A DNA stretch of 64,000 bases from Verrucomicrobiota bacterium (GTDB taxonomy: Bacteria; Verrucomicrobiota; Verrucomicrobiia; Verrucomicrobiales; V1-33). The DNA is taken from positions 50,057-114,056 of the forward strand of contig JBDKER010000012.1 in the NCBI GenBank assembly GCA_039795165.1, written 5' to 3'. Within the stretch, counting starts at the first letter, position 1. Every line of letters starts with the position of its first letter. The notes under the pieces are model-generated. The model saw only the letters and a list, made by a program, of their open reading frames with translations, did not search any database and was not told the DNA's origin. The position numbers and the translations under genes are program-made. Below are positions 37,818 through 47,243 of this stretch, one piece after another.

Positions 37818-38993
37818 ATGATCATGCGTGTACTGCATTGTCCGACGGCAGTGGGGAATCATCCGCAGGCGCTTGCGGGAATGGAGCGGGCGGCTGGTCT
37901 GGACAGCTGGAGTGTGGTTTTCGGGGACCCTCCGTTTGGGTATGTGGCGGACGAGGTGGTGCGGCGCGGGGGCTGGCGGTTTCTGGTGGCTGAGTGGCGG
38001 AGGTGGTCGCTGCTGCGCGAGGCGTGCCGGGACTATGATGTGGTGCATTTCAATTTCGGGTCCTCGCTGACGCCGCATCCGGACCGGCTTCTTTTTCAGA
38101 AGCGGAGTGCCCTGCTGCGGGGGTTGAAGCGGGTGTACAATCTGTATGCGGCGCGGGTGGAGCTGCGGGATCTGCCGGTGCTGCGGAGGGCTGGCCGGGT
38201 GATTGCGGTGACGTGGCAGGGGGATGATGCGCGGCAGTGGGATTACTGCCGGGAGCATTTCCGTTTCACGCATGCGACCGAGGTGGAGCCTGAGTACCGT
38301 CGGCGGGAGCAAGACGAAGGGATCCGGAAGCGGATTGCGGTGTGGGACCGCTATGCGGACATTATTTATGCATTGAATCCGGATCTGATGCATGTGCTGC
38401 CGGCGCGGACCCGGTTTTTTCCGTATGCGCAGCCGGATATCCGGGAATGGTCATTTGTGGGAGTGGAGACTGGGACAGATCGGCCGCTGCGGATTGTGCA
38501 TGCGCCGAGCAATGCGCTGGTGAAGGGGACGCGGTATATCGAAGCGGCGCTGGAGGTACTGCGCGGAGAAGGTTTTTCGTTTTCGTACACGAGGGTCGAG
38601 GGGATGCCGCAGCGGGAGGCGCGGAAGATTTATGAATCGGCGGATCTGCTGATTGATCAGCTGTTGTGTGGCTGGTATGGGGGTTTATCGGCCGAGCTGA
38701 TGGCGCTGGGGAAGCCGGTGGTCTGTTATCTGCGGGATGAGGATCTGGGGTATCTTCCCGAGGGGATGGCTGGTGATGTTCCGGTGATCCGGGCTGATCC
38801 GGACTCGGTGACGGCCGTGCTGCGGGAAGTGCTGGGGCATAGCCGGGAATGGCTGGCCGAGCGTGGGAGGCGGGGTCGGGCCTATGTGGAGCGGTGGCAC
38901 GCGCCTGAATTGATTGTGGGTACGGTGAAAGCGGATTACGAGGCGGCGCTGGCGAAGCGGCGGGCGGACCGGGGGGCCGGCGGTGGCCGCTGA
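37818..38993 (+). CDS. GT-B (GT4-like) glycosyltransferase
   Basis: IVHAPS..KGT, ADLLIDQL, ELMALGKPVV. Confidence 0.82.
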   Translation: MIMRVLHCPTAVGNHPQALAGMERAAGLDSWSVVFGDPPFGYVADEVVRRGGWRFLVAEWRRWSLLREACRDYDVVHFNFGSSLTPHPDRLLFQKRSALLRGLKRVYNLYAARVELRDLPVLRRAGRVIAVTWQGDDARQWDYCREHFRFTHATEVEPEYRRREQDEGIRKRIAVWDRYADIIYALNPDLMHVLPARTRFFPYAQPDIREWSFVGVETGTDRPLRIVHAPSNALVKGTRYIEAALEVLRGEGFSFSYTRVEGMPQREARKIYESADLLIDQLLCGWYGGLSAELMALGKPVVCYLRDEDLGYLPEGMAGDVPVIRADPDSVTAVLREVLGHSREWLAERGRRGRAYVERWHAPELIVGTVKADYEAALAKRRADRGAGGGR

Positions 38994-39026
38994 ATCCTGC
39001 AGGAGCCAATCCCCTTCCCTGTCATC

Positions 39027-40463
39027 ATGGTAGGTCGATTTTTCAGGGACTCCGCTTTGTACGGAGTGGCCACGGTCCTTGCGAAGGGTCTGACGGTGCT
39101 GCTGGTGCCTGTCTATACGGCGTACATGAGCCGTGGGGAGATTGGGCTATTGGATCTGCTGCTGGGGGCGATGGCTGTGCTGACTCTGCTGGTGGGACTG
39201 GACATGAGCAATGGGTTGGCGCGGGAGTATGCGGACACGCGGGATGCGGAGTTGCGCTGCCGGTATTCGTCGACCTGTCTGTGGTTCACGGCGGTGGTGT
39301 TCGGGATGGCGGCGCTGGTGGGCTGGTTTGGAGCGGAGCCGCTGGCCCGGCGGTTTCTGGGGGGAGCACCGGGGGTGGGAGCGGTGCGGGCAGCCGCGGT
39401 GAGCATGGCGGTGGGTGGGGTGTATGTGGTGGCGGTGCAGCAGCTGCGCTGGATGCTGCGGCCGGGAAGATTCGGTCTGGTCAGTGTGGCGACGACGGCG
39501 CTTTCGCTGCTGGTGACCGTTGTGCTGACGGGGCGATATGGCATGGGGGCGGCTGGTGTACTTTATGGAATGGCGGCGGGGTCGGCGCTGGGCGTTGGAT
39601 TTACCCTGCTGGCGGCCGGAGGGGAATTCGGTTTCCGGTTCGACTGGGGCTGTCTGCGGCGGATGCTGCGGTTCTGTGTTCCCATTGTGCCATCGAGTCT
39701 GGCTGTGATTGTTAATCAGTACATTTCGCGGTATGTGATTGAGTGGGAGATGGGTCGGGACGCGGTGGGTCTTTTTGGGGTGGGGACGAGGCTGGCGGGT
39801 TTGGCGGGGCTGGTGATGCTGGGTTTTGGGAGTGCGCTGACGCCGTTGGTGTATGCGCGGCAGGACGATCCGGAGACGCCTGGTCATCTGGCGAGGATTT
39901 TCCGGATTTTCGTGTCGCTTGCGGTGGTGGGGACGGCTGGGCTTTCGTTGTTTGCGCCCGAGGTGGTGCGGGTGCTGACGCGTGCCGACTACGGACCGGT
40001 GGTGCCATTGCTGGTGTGGCTGAGTCCTGCGTTTCTGCTGATTCAGATGTACATATTTGCGCCTGGTGCGTGGATCCGGCGGAGGATGTGGTGGGTGGCT
40101 GGGACGAACGTGCTGATTGCGATGGTGGCGCTTCTGCTGAATTGGCTGCTGGTGCCGAGGTTTGGGCTGACGGGGGCGGCGGCGGCGACGCTCCTTGCTG
40201 CGCTGCTGCACTTTGTGCTCTCGATGCTGGTGAGTCAGGCGATGTATCCAGTGCCGCACGAGTGGGGACGGGTGGCGGCGGTGGTGCTGGCTGGGCTGGT
40301 GGTGACGGTGGCCGGGGCGTGGCTGCCGGGGGAGATCTCCCCTGCCCTTGTTTTGGCTAAAGCGGTGCTGCTGGGGTCCTTGGCGGTGGTGCTGCTGTGG
40401 TCTGGGGAGATGGAGCGGGAGTGGTTCCGGAGCCGGGTGCTCGGTCGGCTGCGGCGGGCCTGA
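39027..40463 (+). CDS. wzx: Wzx-type oligosaccharide flippase
   Basis: Highly hydrophobic MOP-type protein; LLVPVYT, LLVPRFGLTGAAAATL. Confidence 0.85.
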   Translation: MVGRFFRDSALYGVATVLAKGLTVLLVPVYTAYMSRGEIGLLDLLLGAMAVLTLLVGLDMSNGLAREYADTRDAELRCRYSSTCLWFTAVVFGMAALVGWFGAEPLARRFLGGAPGVGAVRAAAVSMAVGGVYVVAVQQLRWMLRPGRFGLVSVATTALSLLVTVVLTGRYGMGAAGVLYGMAAGSALGVGFTLLAAGGEFGFRFDWGCLRRMLRFCVPIVPSSLAVIVNQYISRYVIEWEMGRDAVGLFGVGTRLAGLAGLVMLGFGSALTPLVYARQDDPETPGHLARIFRIFVSLAVVGTAGLSLFAPEVVRVLTRADYGPVVPLLVWLSPAFLLIQMYIFAPGAWIRRRMWWVAGTNVLIAMVALLLNWLLVPRFGLTGAAAATLLAALLHFVLSMLVSQAMYPVPHEWGRVAAVVLAGLVVTVAGAWLPGEISPALVLAKAVLLGSLAVVLLWSGEMEREWFRSRVLGRLRRA

Positions 40464-40498
40464 AGGGACGGGGGAATCCGAGTCTGGGGGAAATCTGG

Positions 40499-41653
40499 AT
40501 GAAAGCAGAGAAGATAGCGGTGATTGCGTCGGCCTTTGATCATCGGCTGAACTATCAGGAGAGTGTGACCGCGCGGACGCTGCACCGGGCGGGGCATGAG
40601 GTGCGTGTCTTTACGACCGATGCGGCGATTGTGCGTGACGAGCGGAACTGGGCGGCGGTGGATGCGGGGTGTCCGTTTGCGGTGGTGCGGACGGGTCGTT
40701 ACTGGCGGTGGCGGAACACGATGGTGCCGCGGGATGCCGGGATGGTGGCTGCGCTGCGGGATTTCCGGCCTGACTGGGCCTTTCTGTTTGCGCCGGCTGG
40801 AGGGGTGGGCGTGAGTCTGATGCGGCGGTTGCCGGAATCGTGCCGGGTGGTGGCGTTCATCAGTGATCTTCCGTGGCATCGCAGTTCGCGGGTGCTGTGG
40901 CATCTGGTGAAGCGGCCGTGGCTGCGGGAGGTTTTCCGGCGTGCGGATGTGGTGGCGGCGGTGACGGAGGATACTGCGGCGATGCTGCGCGGGGTGGGTG
41001 GTGAGCTGCTGGAGGGGAAGCTAGTGATGACCGGTTTGAGTTATGATGGGGAGGTATTTGCCGATGACGGCGGGCGGTGCCCTGAGCCGGTGGTGGCGCT
41101 GCGGGCGAGGTGTCCCCGGATTTTCTGCACGGTAACGAAGGCGAGTCCTTCCAAGGAACTGGACCGGGTGGTTTCGGCTGCGGAGGAAGTGCTGCGTGGG
41201 GATGAGGGAGCGGGGTTTGTGCTGGCCGGGGTGGGACAGGATAATTGTGGTGAAGCGCTGCGGCGGCAGGTGGCAGCGAGTCAGTGGGCTGATCGGATGG
41301 TGGTTTTGCCCGTGCTGGAGGCTGAGGAAGTGAAGGGAGTCTTCGGAGTGGCGGCGGCCGCGGTGTTTACGCTGGTATCGATTGGGATTCAGCAGGCTTT
41401 GGCATGTGGATGTCCGGTGGTGCTGCGGCGTGGGCAGCCGGCCGGTCACATTCTGTCGCCGGGAGAGAATTCCGAGGACTTCGGGGAATTCGGGGAACTG
41501 TGCGAAGCCGTGCGCAGGCTGATGGCGCGGTCGCCTGGTCGGGAAGCGGTGCGGGCGTCGATTGCGCCATGGCGCAGTGAGCTGGTGCTGGGTCGGGTCA
41601 TGGAACTGGCGGTGGCCCGCCGTGGTCCAGCGGGGTTTGGGGGAACAGAATAG
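40499..41653 (+). CDS. GT4-like glycosyltransferase
   Basis: YQES..LHRAGHEVRVFT, QALACGCPVV; start at ATG 40499. Confidence 0.78.
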   Translation: MKAEKIAVIASAFDHRLNYQESVTARTLHRAGHEVRVFTTDAAIVRDERNWAAVDAGCPFAVVRTGRYWRWRNTMVPRDAGMVAALRDFRPDWAFLFAPAGGVGVSLMRRLPESCRVVAFISDLPWHRSSRVLWHLVKRPWLREVFRRADVVAAVTEDTAAMLRGVGGELLEGKLVMTGLSYDGEVFADDGGRCPEPVVALRARCPRIFCTVTKASPSKELDRVVSAAEEVLRGDEGAGFVLAGVGQDNCGEALRRQVAASQWADRMVVLPVLEAEEVKGVFGVAAAAVFTLVSIGIQQALACGCPVVLRRGQPAGHILSPGENSEDFGEFGELCEAVRRLMARSPGREAVRASIAPWRSELVLGRVMELAVARRGPAGFGGTE

Positions 41654-41667
41654 TTGGTTTCATTGTC

Positions 41668-43584
41668 ATGTGCGGCATTGCGGGAATCATTGGGGGCAAC
41701 GGCAGCGTTGCTGTGAGGGAGCGGCTGGGGTCGGCGGCGGCCGGCATGCGGCATCGCGGGCCGGACGACGGAGCATTTCTGGTCTGGCGGCCCGGTGGTC
41801 GGCCGGAGGTTAGTGCAGAGGTGCCGTCGGGGGATGGATCTGTCGTGATGGCGCACCGGAGGCTATCGATTCTGGATCTGTCGCCGCGGGGGCGTCAGCC
41901 GATGCTGACGGTGGACGGGAAGCATGCGGTTTGTTTCAATGGGGAGATTTACAATTACCGTGAGCTGAGACATGGGCTGGAAGCCGATGGGGTGGTTTTC
42001 CGGACGGAGACCGACACGGAAGTGCTGCTGGAGCTGCTGCGGCAGCGTGGGGCGGAGGCTCTGCCGCTGCTGCGCGGGATGTTTGCTTTTGCGTTTCTGG
42101 ATGTGGAAGCCGGCGAGGTCCTGCTGGGGCGGGATCCTTTCGGGATCAAGCCGTTGTATCTTGCGGAGTCGGGCGGTGGGGTCGTTTTTGCGTCCGAACT
42201 GCAGACCCTGCGGAGTCTGGGAGTGGACGGTGGTCCGTTGGATCCTCAGGTGGTGTATCAGTTTCTGCGGTTCGGGGTATCCGACGACGGGCGGACGACC
42301 TTCCACCGCGGGGTGGTGCAGCTGCCGCCGGGTCACTGGGTGAAGGTGACGGTGGGCGTGGCGAAGATCGGGGAGCCGGTGCGGTACTGGTCCCCTGCCC
42401 TTGCGGAGCCGCGGCGCATATCCTTTGCGGAGGCGGCTGAGGGAATCCGGGAACGGTTTCTGGAGAGTGTGCGGCTGCATCTGCGGAGTGATGTGCCGGT
42501 GGGGGCGGCCTTATCCGGGGGGATTGATTCGTCGGCGATTGTGGCCTGCATGCGGAAGCTGGAGCCCGATGCGGAGATTCATGCCTTCAGTTATGTTCCC
42601 GCGGGTTTTCCGCTGAGTGAGGAACGCTGGGCTAGGATGGCAGCGGATCGTGCGCGGGTACAGCTGCACACCGTCGATTTCACGGCGGCTGAGCTGGCCG
42701 CGGACCTTGACGAGCTGATCCGGGTGCAGGGTGAACCGTTCGGGAGCACGAGCATTTATGCGCAGTACCGGATTTTCCGGAAGGTGCGGGAGGTGGGGAT
42801 TCCGGTGGTGCTGGATGGCCAGGGTGGGGACGAGACGCTCGCGGGGTATTCGATTTACTTTGCTGCGAGGCTGGCAGGGATGATGCGGAGGGGAGAGTGG
42901 GGCGCGGTGGCGAGGCTGTGGAGGTCGCGTCAGCATGCGGGCGGCGGTCACATGAGTGCTTGGTTTCAGGCTGCGGGTCATGTGCTGCCCCGGTGGGTGG
43001 CCGATGCCGGGCGGCATCTGGTGCGGAAGGAACTGCTGCCGTCGTGGATGCGGCGGGAGTATTTTGCGGGAGTGCGGACGGGTCGGCTCGAGGCCGCTCT
43101 GGACGGCCATGGGATGCGGGGGGTGCTCGCGGACACACTGAGCCGGACCATCATTCCGCAGTTGCTGCATTTCGAGGACCGGAATTCGATGGCGTGGTCT
43201 GTGGAGAGCCGGGTCCCGTTTCTGCATGTCGACTTTGCCGAGTTTGCGCTCTCGTTGCCCGAGGAATACCTTGTCGGGGGCGATGGGACCATGAAGCGGG
43301 TGTTCCGGGAAGCCATGCGGGGACTTGTCCCTGATGCGATTCTGGATCGGCGCGACAAGATCGGGTTTCATACGCCCGGGAATCTCATGCTGGCCGAGGC
43401 GCGGCCGTGGGTGGAGGAGATTCTGGGGTCGGTTCCCGCGGCGGCTGCCGCGGTGATTGATCCGGCGGGGCTGCGGAGGCTGTGGGAGCGGACGCTCGCA
43501 GGCCGGACGGGGAACGACCACAGTTTCTGGCGGACGCTGTGTTTCCTGCGGTGGCTGCAGTTGTCTCCCGGGATCCGGATCTGA
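41668..43584 (+). CDS. Second asparagine-synthase-like glutamine amidotransferase
   Basis: MCGIAG, HRGPD, NGEIYNY, LSGGIDSS, DGQGGDE, DRNSMA.VESRVPFL. Confidence 0.92.
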   Translation: MCGIAGIIGGNGSVAVRERLGSAAAGMRHRGPDDGAFLVWRPGGRPEVSAEVPSGDGSVVMAHRRLSILDLSPRGRQPMLTVDGKHAVCFNGEIYNYRELRHGLEADGVVFRTETDTEVLLELLRQRGAEALPLLRGMFAFAFLDVEAGEVLLGRDPFGIKPLYLAESGGGVVFASELQTLRSLGVDGGPLDPQVVYQFLRFGVSDDGRTTFHRGVVQLPPGHWVKVTVGVAKIGEPVRYWSPALAEPRRISFAEAAEGIRERFLESVRLHLRSDVPVGAALSGGIDSSAIVACMRKLEPDAEIHAFSYVPAGFPLSEERWARMAADRARVQLHTVDFTAAELAADLDELIRVQGEPFGSTSIYAQYRIFRKVREVGIPVVLDGQGGDETLAGYSIYFAARLAGMMRRGEWGAVARLWRSRQHAGGGHMSAWFQAAGHVLPRWVADAGRHLVRKELLPSWMRREYFAGVRTGRLEAALDGHGMRGVLADTLSRTIIPQLLHFEDRNSMAWSVESRVPFLHVDFAEFALSLPEEYLVGGDGTMKRVFREAMRGLVPDAILDRRDKIGFHTPGNLMLAEARPWVEEILGSVPAAAAAVIDPAGLRRLWERTLAGRTGNDHSFWRTLCFLRWLQLSPGIRI

Positions 43585-43667
43585 GCGAGGATTTGCGGTT
43601 GGAAGCCGCGGGAATTTCCGTTAATGAGGCGACTTATCCGGAGCCGTGATCCGGGTTGCCCCTTGAT

Positions 43668-45251
43668 ATGAACAGCAACGCCATTGTCCGGATTTTCGCC
43701 ACGTTTGCGCTGCTTTTTGCGGCGTTGTGGGTGGCCTTTGACATTTTCACGTCGGGCGGCAACGCCGTGGCGCGGTCGTACATGTACATGATGGTCGCGA
43801 GCGGGGTGTATGGCCTGCTGAATCCCCGGAAGGCATTTTACGTGCTGCTGTTTCTGACGGCCTACCTTGATTACTTCAAGCGGCTCATGATTTTCGATTC
43901 CGGGCTGAGCAGGCTCGATCTGTACTATGTGCTGGGGATTGCGCCGTGCACGCTGGTAGGAATTGCGGTGAGTGTGATCTACCAGCAGTTCATCGGGAGG
44001 ACGGTGCCGCGGCCGGGGCAATTGCTGCTGACCTTTGTGAGTGTGGGGGCGTCGGCTTTGCTGCTGGTGCTGTCGCTGACGGGCAACCGGGGGGGATTCC
44101 GGAGTCTTGGGGATGGGGTCAATGCGGCGATTTATCTGCTGCTGCTCTTCACGGTCCCGGCCCTGTTTCAGACGCCCGGAGAGCTGAAGAAGCTGCTCAA
44201 GGCCTGCATCATCATTTACATTCCGGCGATCATCTACCTGCTGATCCATTTCATCCGGGGGAGTGTTTTCGATTGGGAGATGGACTATCTGAAGAGCGGT
44301 CTGACCGGGGAAATCCGGATCCTCATGGAGCGGCAGTTCCGGTTTTTCGGGACGATGAATTCGGCGGCGAATGCGTCATCGGTTTTCGGACTGATGCTGG
44401 CCTTGATCTGTTCCGGGGTATGGAAGTACCGGAATGACCCGCCCTATGAGCGGCAGAGCAATCCGGTGAGCCGGTTTCTGCTCATCATTCCGATTGGGGT
44501 GGCGATGTATGCGACGTTCAGCCGGATGGGCTGGGTGAGTTGCGTGGTGGCGATTGTGGCCGTGTGGTTCTTCAAGCGCCGCTTTCTGACGGTGGCGGGC
44601 TATGCGCTTTCGCTGGCGGCGGTGGTGACGATTGTGCTCGCCTCGCCGTATCTGCTGCGGCATAAGATTCTCAACAAGATCAGCGAGGACATCTACAGCC
44701 AGAAGCGGACGGACGAGTGGAGTCAGACTACGAATATTTCGACGCTCAACGACCGTCTGGAAGGTTTCAATGCGCTGGTGACCAATTCGAAGGTGTGGAC
44801 GCCGCTGGGATTGCGGTTCAGTTCGTACAATGAGAAGGCGGTGCTGTCGCAGGTGGAGTCGCACGACCTTTTCACGGACACGCTTCTGCGGTATGGGTAT
44901 GTGCCGATCTTTGTGGCGCTGGGGGTGGCGGGGTGGTTGCTGATCCGGATGCATCGGTTTATTTTCGAGGAACCTCCGGGGTTGGTTCGGGACATGGCGG
45001 CGGGGTGTCTGGCGGCGGCCTTGAGTGTTACGGCGGGTGGTCTTGCCAATGGGGCACAGCTGTCGACGTACCCTGTGAATTTCTTCATCTGGTTCATGTT
45101 CAGCGTGGTGGGTGCGTTGATGATGTATCGCCGCGAGGAAGAGGAACTGGCACGGCTGGCGATTCCGGAGCGCGAGCCAGAGGCGGCGCGGCCGGAACCG
45201 GTGGCGCGCCGGCCGCGGCCGGCTGGCATGGGGGCTCCGGCGCGGGTGTGA
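43668..45251 (+). CDS. Wzy/O-antigen-ligase-like polytopic membrane protein
   Basis: Multiple TM segments with RFFGTMNSAA, TFSRMGW, DR and SHD motifs typical of the Wzy_C family. Confidence 0.72.
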   Translation: MNSNAIVRIFATFALLFAALWVAFDIFTSGGNAVARSYMYMMVASGVYGLLNPRKAFYVLLFLTAYLDYFKRLMIFDSGLSRLDLYYVLGIAPCTLVGIAVSVIYQQFIGRTVPRPGQLLLTFVSVGASALLLVLSLTGNRGGFRSLGDGVNAAIYLLLLFTVPALFQTPGELKKLLKACIIIYIPAIIYLLIHFIRGSVFDWEMDYLKSGLTGEIRILMERQFRFFGTMNSAANASSVFGLMLALICSGVWKYRNDPPYERQSNPVSRFLLIIPIGVAMYATFSRMGWVSCVVAIVAVWFFKRRFLTVAGYALSLAAVVTIVLASPYLLRHKILNKISEDIYSQKRTDEWSQTTNISTLNDRLEGFNALVTNSKVWTPLGLRFSSYNEKAVLSQVESHDLFTDTLLRYGYVPIFVALGVAGWLLIRMHRFIFEEPPGLVRDMAAGCLAAALSVTAGGLANGAQLSTYPVNFFIWFMFSVVGALMMYRREEEELARLAIPEREPEAARPEPVARRPRPAGMGAPARV

Positions 45252-45313
45252 ATGGCTCCTGGTTCTGCTGGGGTCCTTCCTGATGGCTGGGAACGCAGGC
45301 ACGACTTGGTTTT

Positions 45314-45610
45314 ATGGCGACATTGCTGAAGCGGCTGGGTAAGGTGGTGCTTCGTCTGGCGGTGGGTGTTTTCGGGGCACGGATCACGGATCAGCGGACG
45401 GGGCGCTGTGCGGGCAAGGCTTTGGTGCTGCCGTGGCGTGGTCGGCTGCATGTGATTGGGTTGGAGGAGGCAAGGCTGCGCCCGCATTTTCTGCCGCAGG
45501 AGCGGCTCACGTACTGGCGTCAGGAACTGGGATTTTCTTCCCATCCCGAGCCGGATTTTCCGCATGAACCGTCATCTCACAGCGATCCTGACGCATCAGA
45601 CTCCCGCTGA
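45314..45610 (+). CDS. Small hypothetical protein (98 aa)
   Basis: ATG-started ORF filling the gap in the operon, same codon style; overlaps the next gene by 47 nt. Confidence 0.55.
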   Translation: MATLLKRLGKVVLRLAVGVFGARITDQRTGRCAGKALVLPWRGRLHVIGLEEARLRPHFLPQERLTYWRQELGFSSHPEPDFPHEPSSHSDPDASDSR

Positions 45611-46319
45611 GGTGGGTCGGATGGTGGCGTGGTGGCGGGACTTCTGCGGGGGCAGCGATGTCCTTGTGGTGTATGGCGGATCGGAGGCTGCCTTTGCGGA
45701 ATTGGCTGGGGTGGGAGTGAGCGAGGCGGTGCTGGTGGTGGATGGCCGGCTGCGGACGAGTGATCACCAGCGGGAGCGGCAGTCATTTCATGGGGTGTTC
45801 CGGGCGATCCGTGGCTGGCTTGCGGGGCGGGAGCAGTATGGCACGGTATTGTTTGTGGAATTCGACTGTGTTCCGCTGCGGCGGGATCTCGTGGAACTGC
45901 TGCGGGATCGGATGGCGGCGGAGGGAGCGGATGTGCTGGGGTGTGGGGTGGAGCGGATTGACGGGACGAATCATCCTCATTTTCTGTACCATGAGGCCGA
46001 CGCGGGGTTCCGCGGGCTGGTGGGTCGGGTCAGTGTACGTGCGGATGGTGGGGTTGCTCTGGCGATGCTGGGATGTGTGTCTTTCTGGCGTCGTGGTGCC
46101 TTCGAAGCGGTGGCTGCCGTGGAAGAGGCGGCTGCGTTTTATCTCGAGGTGATCATTCCGACCCTTGCGCATCATCTGGGGTACCGGGTGCGGAATCTGG
46201 CGGACCAGTCAGTCTTTGTGAAGCCATCCGGCCGGCCGCCGGATGAGATCGATGAACTGGTGCGCAAGGGGGCGTGGATGGTGCATCCATGGAAGGAATT
46301 CTGGGGTCGGGTCGGGTGA
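45564..46319 (+). CDS. Hypothetical protein, possible GT-A-fold transferase
   Basis: Start MNRHLTAILTHQ; VLFVEFD (DxD-like), EVIIPT, VHPWK. Confidence 0.6.
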   Translation: MNRHLTAILTHQTPAEVGRMVAWWRDFCGGSDVLVVYGGSEAAFAELAGVGVSEAVLVVDGRLRTSDHQRERQSFHGVFRAIRGWLAGREQYGTVLFVEFDCVPLRRDLVELLRDRMAAEGADVLGCGVERIDGTNHPHFLYHEADAGFRGLVGRVSVRADGGVALAMLGCVSFWRRGAFEAVAAVEEAAAFYLEVIIPTLAHHLGYRVRNLADQSVFVKPSGRPPDEIDELVRKGAWMVHPWKEFWGRVG

Positions 46320-46332
46320 CCTCCCTTTTTTT
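46303..46332 (+). terminator. Possible internal intrinsic terminator
   Basis: GGGTC-gggt-GACCT short stem, then CCC and T7, over the stop of the preceding gene. Confidence 0.4.
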
Positions 46333-46411
46333 GGCCACGGAATTGTGACTGAGAACTCATGAACTCCGTTTCCTAATGTTCGGCTCATGTGTGTCAGTGT
46401 GAGTTGGGGAG

Positions 46412-47230
46412 GTGAAATTTCCGGATCGAGCGGTGGCGGCCTTCAACGTATTCAATGCGGAGACGGTGCTTGGGGTGGTGGCTGGGATTGAAGAGGCTGG
46501 GGGAGGATGTTTTCTGCAGACGTCGGCGGCGACGGTGCGGTTTTATTCGGCGGGGGTGCTTGGAGGGATGGTGCGGGCGCTGGTGCCGGAGGGATTGCGT
46601 GGGAGGGTGAAACTGCATTTGGATCATTGTGGGGACGTGGGGATGATCCGGGATTGTCTGGAGGCTGGGTGGGACAGTGTGATGATGGATGCGAGTGGGT
46701 TGCCTCTGGAGGAGAACATCCGGGAGACGAGGGCGGTGGTGGAACTGGCGGCGCGCTATGGTGCCCTCGTCGAGGGAGAGATCGGGGTGGTGGGTGGAGA
46801 GGAAGATGGGTTTGCTGTTTATGGGGATGAGGCGGTGATGCCGCGGGTGGCTGAGGTGCTGCGGTTTATGGATGAGAGTGGGGCGGCGATGGTGGCGGTG
46901 GGGGTGGGGACGCGGCATGGGCATTATGGCGACCGCCCGTGCGAGCTGCGGCATGATCTGCTGGAAGCGGTGCATGCCGAGAGGCCGTCGGTTCCCTTGG
47001 TGCTGCATGGAGGTACGGGGATTGCGGAAGCTGATGTGGTGCGGGCGGTGCGTCGGGGTGGCGTGCGCAAAGTCAACATTTCCACCCTATTGAAGGATGG
47101 GTGGCTGGCGGCGCAGCGGGCGCAGCTAGGGTCGGCGCATCCATACCGGGTGACCGCCGGGCTGGACGGATCCGTGCGGGAGGTGCGGGAGGCGGTGCTT
47201 CCGGTGCTCCGTCTTCTGGGAGGGCTATGA
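46412..47230 (+). CDS. Class II (Zn) ketose-bisphosphate aldolase family protein
   Basis: AAFNV, HLDH, EGEIG, GTRHG, LVLHGGTG, KVNIST. Confidence 0.9.
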   Translation: MKFPDRAVAAFNVFNAETVLGVVAGIEEAGGGCFLQTSAATVRFYSAGVLGGMVRALVPEGLRGRVKLHLDHCGDVGMIRDCLEAGWDSVMMDASGLPLEENIRETRAVVELAARYGALVEGEIGVVGGEEDGFAVYGDEAVMPRVAEVLRFMDESGAAMVAVGVGTRHGHYGDRPCELRHDLLEAVHAERPSVPLVLHGGTGIAEADVVRAVRRGGVRKVNISTLLKDGWLAAQRAQLGSAHPYRVTAGLDGSVREVREAVLPVLRLLGGL

Positions 47231-47243
47231 CACTGCAGACGCG

